Below, piece after piece: positions 1-8,400 of a stretch of DNA of 17,719 nucleotides. The DNA comes from an uncultured archaeon (GTDB taxonomy: Archaea > Asgardarchaeota > Thorarchaeia > Thorarchaeales > Thorarchaeaceae), in contig CAZSWP010000059.1 of assembly GCA_964610875.1 (NCBI GenBank), positions 1-17,719 of the forward strand, read 5' to 3'. How positions within the stretch are numbered: position 1 is the first letter of the stretch; every line of letters starts with the position of its first letter. The notes under the pieces are model-generated. The model made no database searches. It worked only from the letters and a program-made list of their open reading frames with translations, and was not told where the DNA came from. The translations under genes and the position numbers were made by a program.

Positions 1-3000
1 CAAATTGTTGATACGGTAGAGTCTGGTAGTGTATCATATCCTTGAACAGTAATGGTGAGATTCTCACATGCCTCGTTGCCTGCCGTATAATGGATTCTTG
101 TGGAAAGATAGTATACTCCCACCATGGATTCAGATGATTGAAGTATCAGTGTATTCTTTGTATCTCCGTTAGGTTGTGACTCTCCATCATTTTCAACATA
201 GTCCGAGGTCTTCAACAACAATTGATAATCAGAAGAAAACAGGTAGAGGTCAACAACTGTTCCAACATCTTGCCAATCTGCTCGTAAAACAAGGTTTCGC
301 ATAGTTGAATCAGTGACTTCTATTTGAAAGACTCTGGGAGTCCCCCATTCTCCTTCGATTACTCCAGGATTACTAATAGAAGGCCAGAGTCCGCCATTCT
401 CATAAGGTGTAAGTTCTGATCCCCATCCATCACTAATTGTTATGATACTTCCATCTCCATCTGTTATCGAAGCGGGTACCATATATGAGTAAGGAATGTT
501 GTGAGAATATCCAGTAGTAGAGTTTTCTAATAGAATATATCCTTCATGGAGACCCCCTTCTTCGTTACTAGGGACAGTAAGGGTGATGTCAATATTACTT
601 CCTGCACCTGCGGCAAATGATAGAGAGCTATCGATGACCTTCTCCCACAGAGTTATTGTTATTGACACACTTGTTGACTCATCGTAACTAATAGTTAAGG
701 TGGGTGTGTGTTGGAAAATGGTTGAGAGTCCATTGGGGTTAGCTATATGCAACATAAGATTACTAGAATGACCTGTCTGCCAGTTTACTAGATTCAGGTA
801 ATCTCCTTGAGATGTACTTGGATTATAATGATTTAGAACACTATCTACATAGGTGTCCTCCCAATCGTACAAGATAATCTCCGTTGAATGTCCTGTTTCG
901 ATTTGATCCGAATGCACGCTTATGGTTGCATACATAGAATCTAGAAATTCTTGATTATAGGCGCTACCTAAGATGTCACTAATATTGAAGAATCCTGGAC
1001 GTAGTTCTTCTGGTGAGAAAATATAATCATAGTATTGATACGTTACTACCTCATAGGTTAATTGTCTACTTTTTCTATAATGCCAAGCTTCGATAGTGTC
1101 AAAATTTGAAAAGCCTCTGCTAATTCTATCAAACGAATATGGTACGATTGTCATGGAAGTGGTTCCTCCTCTCTCAACAGAACCAAAGTATACACTACTC
1201 ATTCCAAAACTATCCGGTTTACTTGCGCTTGCATAAACATCAAAGGGTTGAGAGCCGGGCATTTGTCCTTCCCATACATCATTGAGTTGGTTCATGTAAT
1301 TTGCTGCACTCATTGTGTTGTGAACATAATAAGCTGCATCTGTTTCAGTTTCAATGTTTGTTATCGCTGTTTCAAGATCTATTATTCCATGACCCTGTTT
1401 GTATGAATTGTAACCAAGATCTTTTGCTGATGAGAGAAGGATTTCTTTCAATATGATTGGGTCATACGTCCATCCTGCCCAGTTCAATTTTATTGCATTA
1501 AGCATGACAGCAGCTGCACCAGCTGCTATTGAACCAGACAAGGTATTTTCCATGTTCCAATAGTAAGTATCACCAAAATCTGTCCATGTATTATGGAAGG
1601 CATTTATTGTTGCAATTCCATAACCTGGTGCTATTATATCCGGTTTTGCCATACCTGTGAACGAAGGACCTCCTGTTAATGATGAAAGTTGGTTCATACT
1701 CTTCTGTTGTGGTGTATATTCTGTGCTGTAGTATTGTGGCTGTAATGTAGAGCCAACTGATACAACGGATGCGGCATCACTGGGTGACACTCCCGACATG
1801 TAATTAGAGGTCTGATCGGATGATGACATCACAAAAAGGGTCCCAGGATATGTGGTTTCTATCAGACCTGGTGTTGACATCAAATCATAGCATAGTGATA
1901 TGAAAGCTAGCGTAGACTGATGGTCGTAATCAAGTGCAGAGTACTTCCATGAGTTCACAACAATGTCTGCTTTATGTTCTTCAGTTGCAGTACTATACTC
2001 CCAGTATCCAGATACATCATTATACTCGAAGCCAGATAGCCAGTACATAGAAGTGAGAGCATCAGATACTGTCCCTCCCTTTGTTGCAATAATCTTGGCT
2101 CCTGGTGCAACTCCTGGAAGACTGTAACCAGTTGCATTCTCGTATATGAGGTGATTATTTGCTGTTCCCTCTGATGATATTGATGACACTGCGAGATTTC
2201 CATAATTCGATTCAGAGGGAAACATTAGTGCAAAAGCCCGCGCGTTACTTGAGATTCCACAGAAGAAATCTTCTGTTATATCTGAAACAATATGGTTACT
2301 ATCATAGACCCAGCAGAACGAACCTAGACCAATGTCATCATATCCATCATCATTCAAATCTGCTGAAAGAATATTGTTTTCATCCACAGTATAGAGATAT
2401 CCTTCATTGAAATCATCTACAAAACTCCAATCCATCATATTCGAGTAAAAATCTCTAGTTACAGGATCTGTTAGGTCTGTGAGTTTATAATATCCCGCTT
2501 CATTCCACATTTTCGTCCAAGCTTTTGTGCCGTTCCAATCGATAATGACTGTGTCTCCACCCATGATGATTGCTGGCGCAAAGACCTTTGCATACTCATC
2601 TCTCCTCTGCTGGAGAACCCATCCTACACGATAGTCCTCTCCGGATGGTGCTGGTAGTTCCCAATCCTTCCACATCTCACTATCAACAAACTCTCTGAAA
2701 CTTGATATTCCCCATGCACTTTCGTACAAGGAAATGAATCCATCAAGAAGAGTCCGTGATGTACCTTCCATATGACATTCTGGGTCCCATCCGGTAACAT
2801 TGAGATAGTAATGCCCTCCCAATTCATATGTCAATGCATTTCCTTCAGAGAGCCACTGATTAGTATCTGCAACATATGATGCATTCGCGTAGAACATTTT
2901 GGTTATTCCGTAACCGGTCAAATCGTATGACATCGGTTGACCAAGTGCATCTGTTGCATGAGCATGTTGCAATTCAGGATGACTGAAATCGACTCCAGTA

Positions 3001-5210
3001 TCATGTAGCCCGATAATCACACCCGTTCCATTATATCCTGATGCATGAACATTTTCAATTCCGAGATCATCAATAACTTGAAACATGTCTGGTCTGATTT
3101 GAACTGGAAGGTTTTCTTGGTGCGTTTCTTTTGGAACGTAGGTATTGGCTGCAATATGAATAACCCCTTCTTCCTGCATGATATCATTTAGTTCATCTTT
3201 AGATGAAATTGAAGCAAAAGTCATTTGAAATGCACCTAAGTTGATAGAACCCTTATAATCATGAATACCCTCAACTGATAGAGGATTTGAATCCAGGTCT
3301 GTTATCAAAATTATACTGATTGCACCATTTCTACTCTTTACAACATCAGGACTAAGCTGATCTGAATTGATATAATCTTGAAGATATTTGTCTAGAATGC
3401 CTCTTTCTGAAATTCCCTCTATTATCGGATTCCATCTAGTAATACCTCCTGAATTATCTTCCTTTGCATTATTTGTCAGTGATTCGTAACTAGATTCAGT
3501 TGATGTTTGAAAATTCGGTGGGGGACCAGTCCTAATTCTACCGTTTGGTAATTTGAAATAGTATGGATTGTAGTTCATGTCCACATATTCTCCCGCTACA
3601 TAATCTGAAATATAGAAAGGTCCTGAGGTGACTAATTCATCAAAGCGAGGATTATACAACTGGGGATGAATTCCATTCAGTATATGCTTAGGTAGGATTC
3701 TTGCTATACAAATATCGTACAAATACCAATACGATGCTTTGTCAAATTCTAAAATGCATTTGTAATCTGTCGGTGCAAAAGCTGAATATAGATGTTCAAG
3801 CCAATCTCCACCCCATCCATGGTAATCCTGATGCTCCAAAAGATAATTGTAGGTGAAAGCAACATCTCGTGCTGATAATGGATAGCCATCAGTCCAAGAT
3901 GCATTATTTATGATGTCAAACGTAAATCGGTAATGCCCAACTGGTACAGATGGATTGTCATCATGGGTTTCTATTTGATATGAATCTGCAAGCCAATTAA
4001 TGAGATTGCCATCAGTATCAGTAAGCAGTAATGGATCATATAAATCATCCAAGACTCGTTGTGTATAAGCGCTACTAGATTGGAGTATATTGAATGTATC
4101 AAGGTCAAGTGGATTACTGATTCGAAAGGTTCCACCAAGGGGTCCGCCTGATGATTCTTTAAGCATTATCTTTTGTTTTGTCCACCATCCGTTGACGCCA
4201 ACCATTGGTGAATTTACATGACCTTCAAAAGTATCTGTCCTATATGCATTATACATTAGGTTGGAATAACAGACCACTCTGGGACATTCATAATTCAGAA
4301 TCTTCTGCATCTCGACTGCTGCATTATATACGTCGTCATAACTTGAGGAATAGAGTAATTGATCAATCCAACTATCATAAGTAGAATTTCTAAAATTCGC
4401 GAAGTTGAAATAGTCTTCATCTGCATAAGCTGACCCATATTCGGTTTCCAAGAACTCCAAGCTAAAATCTCCAAATGAAACACCTAAAAAGACAATGTCA
4501 TAGTCTCCATGGAAATACAGTCTATTTAGATATTCGTAGAAATCAGTAGGTACATATTGTGCATCAATTCCTAGAGCAACTAATGCTTCTTCAGCTATTT
4601 GACCACATTCTATTGCAATGCTGGAAGACTGTGCCACCTCAACAAGAACATCAAAATCCACTCCTGATGGAGTTTCTCTATGACCATCATCATCAATATC
4701 CAGAAAACCTGCCTCATCTAGTATCTGATTTCCTAGAGCTACATTTGATTCGTAGTACGAATATGGCAATGTGCCTTCAATAGAAAAAGGATTTACTGCC
4801 GGAACAACACCATCTTGAGGTTCTGCATCTCCATTCCATACTTGTTCAGCAACTCTCTCCTTGTCGAATGCAAAAGCGAATGCTCTACGAAATGCAGTTT
4901 CATTGAATGGATATTTTGCGGTATTTATGGTGAAATATCCATATCCATTTCGAGGAGATGATTCTACCTGGATATTCTGTGCTTCATTTAATGTAGGAAG
5001 AAAAGTAGGGTCAAGCAAGTTTCCAATCAGATCTATCTCGTCATTAATTAGAGCTAGGACCTGTTGATCATTTTGTGTTATTACTGAATATCGAATGGTA
5101 TCAACATAAGGTCCTGTCCCAGCAATGATGGATGTGCCTGAGACATTGGAAGATGCTGGTATTACTATAATCATTAAGAAGCCAATCAGGCATAATATCC
5201 GCTTATACAC
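1..5210 (-). CDS. Partial (3' end outside window) giant secreted fusion protein: family-5 ABC peptide-binding domain + catalytically degenerate S8 subtilase; paralogue of 5482..13242, >1736 aa
   Basis: Manual translation from GTG at 5210 (preceded by GGTGTGGGAG) gives MYKRILCLIGFLMIIVIPASSNVSGTSIIAGTGPYVDTIRYSVITQNDQQVLALIND, matching GTGPFVDKIYYDIITPVDEQVLALQDN of the 2586-aa ORF. Every segment spot-checked is in the same frame: RNGYGYFTINT, GGTFRISN, IIGLHDTGVDFSHPEL, IAAGAAAVML, and LTITVQGYDTLPDSTVSTI at the window edge. The ORF track reports no stop-terminated ORF in this frame, consistent with a frame open to base 1. Confidence 0.93.
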   Translation of the reverse strand, partial: MYKRILCLIGFLMIIVIPASSNVSGTSIIAGTGPYVDTIRYSVITQNDQQVLALINDEIDLIGNLLDPTFLPTLNEAQNIQVESSPRNGYGYFTINTAKYPFNETAFRRAFAFAFDKERVAEQVWNGDAEPQDGVVPAVNPFSIEGTLPYSYYESNVALGNQILDEAGFLDIDDDGHRETPSGVDFDVLVEVAQSSSIAIECGQIAEEALVALGIDAQYVPTDFYEYLNRLYFHGDYDIVFLGVSFGDFSLEFLETEYGSAYADEDYFNFANFRNSTYDSWIDQLLYSSSYDDVYNAAVEMQKILNYECPRVVCYSNLMYNAYRTDTFEGHVNSPMVGVNGWWTKQKIMLKESSGGPLGGTFRISNPLDLDTFNILQSSSAYTQRVLDDLYDPLLLTDTDGNLINWLADSYQIETHDDNPSVPVGHYRFTFDIINNASWTDGYPLSARDVAFTYNYLLEHQDYHGWGGDWLEHLYSAFAPTDYKCILEFDKASYWYLYDICIARILPKHILNGIHPQLYNPRFDELVTSGPFYISDYVAGEYVDMNYNPYYFKLPNGRIRTGPPPNFQTSTESSYESLTNNAKEDNSGGITRWNPIIEGISERGILDKYLQDYINSDQLSPDVVKSRNGAISIILITDLDSNPLSVEGIHDYKGSINLGAFQMTFASISSKDELNDIMQEEGVIHIAANTYVPKETHQENLPVQIRPDMFQVIDDLGIENVHASGYNGTGVIIGLHDTGVDFSHPELQHAHATDALGQPMSYDLTGYGITKMFYANASYVADTNQWLSEGNALTYELGGHYYLNVTGWDPECHMEGTSRTLLDGFISLYESAWGISSFREFVDSEMWKDWELPAPSGEDYRVGWVLQQRRDEYAKVFAPAIIMGGDTVIIDWNGTKAWTKMWNEAGYYKLTDLTDPVTRDFYSNMMDWSFVDDFNEGYLYTVDENNILSADLNDDGYDDIGLGSFCWVYDSNHIVSDITEDFFCGISSNARAFALMFPSESNYGNLAVSSISSEGTANNHLIYENATGYSLPGVAPGAKIIATKGGTVSDALTSMYWLSGFEYNDVSGYWEYSTATEEHKADIVVNSWKYSALDYDHQSTLAFISLCYDLMSTPGLIETTYPGTLFVMSSSDQTSNYMSGVSPSDAASVVSVGSTLQPQYYSTEYTPQQKSMNQLSSLTGGPSFTGMAKPDIIAPGYGIATINAFHNTWTDFGDTYYWNMENTLSGSIAAGAAAVMLNAIKLNWAGWTYDPIILKEILLSSAKDLGYNSYKQGHGIIDLETAITNIETETDAAYYVHNTMSAANYMNQLNDVWEGQMPGSQPFDVYASASKPDSFGMSSVYFGSVERGGTTSMTIVPYSFDRISRGFSNFDTIEAWHYRKSRQLTYEVVTYQYYDYIFSPEELRPGFFNISDILGSAYNQEFLDSMYATISVHSDQIETGHSTEIILYDWEDTYVDSVLNHYNPSTSQGDYLNLVNWQTGHSSNLMLHIANPNGLSTIFQHTPTLTISYDESTSVSITITLWEKVIDSSLSFAAGAGSNIDITLTVPSNEEGGLHEGYILLENSTTGYSHNIPYSYMVPASITDGDGSIITISDGWGSELTPYENGGLWPSISNPGVIEGEWGTPRVFQIEVTDSTMRNLVLRADWQDVGTVVDLYLFSSDYQLLLKTSDYVENDGESQPNGDTKNTLILQSSESMVGVYYLSTRIHYTAGNEACENLTITVQGYDTLPDSTVSTI
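4508..4554. repeat. 47-bp exact direct repeat, copy 1 (copy 2 at 12534..12580)
   Basis: catggaaatacagtctatttagatattcgtagaaatcagtaggtaca is identical at both places. It extends to 56/57 (4498..4554 vs 12524..12580) and encodes VPTDFYEYLNRLYFH in both paralogues. Confidence 0.95.
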
Positions 5211-5250
5211 AGTGCTCCCACACCTGAACTAGAATAGCTGCAAATCATCC

Positions 5251-5258
5251 TAATAAAA
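5251..5258 (-). promoter_or_regulatory. Possible archaeal TATA box for the downstream paralogue
   Basis: TTTTATTA on the minus strand, 41-48 nt upstream of the GTG at 5210 and preceded by purine-rich GAGAAG. The AT-rich background makes this weak. Confidence 0.3.
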
Positions 5259-5272
5259 CTTCTCAGAAATCT

Positions 5273-5403
5273 GGCTCTGTGTGAAAAGTCGATGGAAAGA
5301 TACTGATTGGAACTATTCACTCCATATCTTGCACGAGTACCAACCTCATTGTTTGTTTTTCTGACTGTGCTCATTCACGGTTGCGGACTTTTCACCCAGC
5401 TCC
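5273..5403. mobile_element. 131-bp MITE (non-autonomous IS derivative) with 18-bp terminal inverted repeats and 9-bp target-site duplication
   Basis: Left end GGCTCTGTGTGAAAAGTC (5273..5290) vs reverse complement of right end GGAGCTGGGTGAAAAGTC (5386..5403): 15/18 identical, inner 10 bp perfect. The direct repeat CAGAAATCT abuts both ends exactly (5264..5272 and 5404..5412). No transposase inside. Confidence 0.85.
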
Positions 5404-5431
5404 CAGAAATCTAATATTACTCAATAGAATT

Positions 5432-5462
5432 GATGAGAGCTGATGTTGATTCAACTCTCATC
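5432..5462 (-). terminator. Stem-loop 20 nt downstream of the stop of the 2586-aa gene (possible terminator or 3' RNA structure)
   Basis: Minus strand GATGAGAGTTGA-atcaaca-TCAGCTCTCATC forms a 12-bp stem with one G-U pair. There is no strong U-tract after it. Confidence 0.4.
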
Positions 5463-5481
5463 TATATCATCAATTTGAGTT

Positions 5482-8400
5482 TCATGAACCCATCATTGAC
5501 TCCCAATCAGATGCTTGTGAACTCCGGTATATCTTCACGATGAAATATATGATGATAACAATAGAACCTATGGTGATCACTAGTGAGATTACTACAGTCA
5601 TTGTATCCATTTCACCAGGGTCAACAGTTGATGTATCACTAGTTGTATCAGTTGTAGAGGTTTGTGATGTTGTGCCAGCTTCCTCTACTGTGACCAATAC
5701 ATGGTCAGATGCAATATTGCCAGATGAATCCCGCACAGTGATGTTAAACACATACACTCCTGGTAGTAGGTCATCTACATCTACAGTAATTCCTACTCCT
5801 GATGCCCAATTTCCCATCTGAACTATGGTCCCATTCCGTGTGACTGTATAATCACCCGGATGTGCATCTGTTGGAGTCCAGACAATCTCATTGCCTGTTT
5901 CTCCTTCTGTATACGTGATGTCTTCTGGACTATCAACTTCAGGGTTAGTTACGTCATTTACGTCCACCCAGACTGAATCCGATGCAACATTATCATAATC
6001 ATCTGTCACTACCAATGTGAAATTATATCGCCCTATCTGGAGGAAATCAATACTTGCTTCAAGAGATGAAGATGTTCCTGTCCATGTCCCTGACTGTATT
6101 ATAGAGCCATTTCGATAGAGTGTAAATGTATTTGGATGAGAATCTGAGAAGTTCCACTTAAGCACATGACCTGTTGTTCCTTCATTGTATGAATAATCAG
6201 CAGGTCCTTCAATTGCAGGTGGTGTTCCATCAACAACAGTCACCCACACTATATCTGATGCCGTATTACCATATGTATCTTCAACTACTAATGTGAAATT
6301 GTAATCTCCCAATGCAAGACCATCTATATCAACACTAATTGATTCACTTGAAGAGTTCCAGAGACCATTCACATAGGTACTACCATCAAGATACACCGTA
6401 TATAATGAAGGATTGAAGTCCTCTGGAGTCCAAATAATGGAGTTTCCTGAACTACCTTCACTATAGGTTACATCTTCAGGACTATCAATATCAGGTGCTG
6501 TAGTATCTGGAATCACATAGACAGTAACATTGTCTGTAACGCTTTTACCATCAGTATTGTTCACAAAGCACATGAATTCATATGTCCCTTCCGTAAGCCC
6601 TCCCACATTGATGGTTATTGAGCTCCCATCCCAAACACCACCCTCAACAAATGTACTATCTCTATAAACCTCATAAACCGATGGACTTGACTCTAGGGGT
6701 GTCCATGTGAGATAGACTGTTGCATTTCCAAATTCATAGGTGATGTCATCTGGATGATCAATTATCGGTGCATCACCAAGTACCGTCACAATACTTGTTT
6801 GAATTGTTACAAGTCCATCACTATCAATAGCTTGGATGGTGTAGTTGTATTCTCCTTGAGTCAGTGAGTCAAGACTAATTGTAGTAACATTAACAACATC
6901 GAGCCACACCCAAGTCGAATCAAGAACATCATCGATGTAGAGATTGATTGTTCCTGGATGAAGGTCAGAAATACACCATTTTAGTTCACGACCTATTTCT
7001 CCAAGATTGAAGGTCTGATCACCTCCACCAAAGATGAATGGTGTGACAAGTGGTGTTGCTGCAGAACCCGCAGTAAAGGTTGTATCCGACTCATCCTGAT
7101 TTACCATATTACGATCAGTCACACGGATTATTATACTATAATTTGTCATATACTGCCATGGATCACAATCCCATGAGTATGGAGACGTACTAACATTAGA
7201 TGCAAGAAGCTCATAGGTTGCACCGCCATCATTGGATATCAAGATGTCATAAATTGGATCGTAATCTGATGGATTACCAGAAGATGCCGTCCAGTTAATC
7301 GAATTAGTTCCTGTCCAAACTTCTCCACCATTGGGGCTTGAGAGTGATATGTCTGGCACAAAATAGTTGTTGAATGTGACATTGTTGATTTCCACATAGA
7401 ATTCAACATTAGTATCTGTATAGCCATAGAGATGGACATCTCTTGTGCCATTGTTGCCAAGATAATAGGTATCGTAAGACAAGTTCTTTTCAGTGTTCTC
7501 GATTTTCAATGTTGAACGTGTGTCTACCTCTAGAGAATAATCTACACCTGATTGATATGCCCAAGCCCAATTGAATACAACAATAGCTATGTCCATATTA
7601 TGGTCAGCAGTGAATTGGCCATATTCATCCACATCCGCATCTCCATCATCTACTGAGATGAATGCGCTTACACCTATTTCATCTAAGGTGACAATATCAT
7701 CTAAATTGGAGTCCCACCATTCATAAACTTCGAATGAAGGATCAAGTCCATTTGCATGGAGCGTAACTCGTACACTGTCATATGCACGAATACCTTTGAT
7801 GCCCTCCCAAACATAGATACTGGTTTCAGAAAGTGGGATTGGCCATTGGTCATATCCTTGAGGATCAACATATGTTCCTGTCCGAACCTCGTAAATACCA
7901 GTCACGAAATGGATACTTGATGAAGTAATATCATACTCTGGCAAAGATGGGGGTTGGGTTATTGACCAGGTATTCTCGAAGACAATATGATCTCCTGTGA
8001 GTAAATCATTATCTGTTACTGGCTGAGGCGTAGGTGAGTCATTAGATGTCCATTCTGGGCTAACACTTCCTGTGGGTAATGTATCATAACATGATAGACT
8101 TACTGAAACATTCTCGAATGCTACACTACCGTTGAATTTATGAACAGCGATCTCAACATAGTATGTTCCTTCAATAGAACCACCACCATCATATATAATG
8201 ACATTCTTTGTAGATCCTGTAGGTTCGGGGTGATAGCCACTATCCCAATTATCCTCGCTACTAACAAGCAGGTTATAGGTTGGAGATCTGAGATATACAT
8301 CTATTACTGTACCTTCATTTTGCCATTCTACATCCATGATGAGGTATTGAGCACTAGGATTGGAGATATTCACTTTGAATGTACGTGCTCCACCCCAATC

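Noticed and set aside
4498-4554. Repeat pair as a diversity-generating retroelement TR/VR or a CRISPR repeat
   Set aside because: Only two copies, both in homologous coding positions, with a single mismatch. No reverse transcriptase, spacers or cas genes in the window.
1955-5067. Short ORFs in the track at 1955..2203, 2159..2410, 2624..2827, 4295..4483, 4559..4783 and 4861..5067
   Set aside because: All are alternative-frame or antisense shadows of the long open frame <1..5210, which is homologous to the 2586-aa gene.
1-5210. Calling the downstream paralogue a pseudogene
   Set aside because: No stop or frameshift was found in >1700 codons, and the signal peptide and structural motifs are retained; only catalytic positions are lost.
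5186-5374. 62-aa ORF starting inside the MITE and overlapping the paralogue's start
   Set aside because: It crosses the TIR and target duplication into host DNA and has no recognisable motif; probably created by chance by the insertion.
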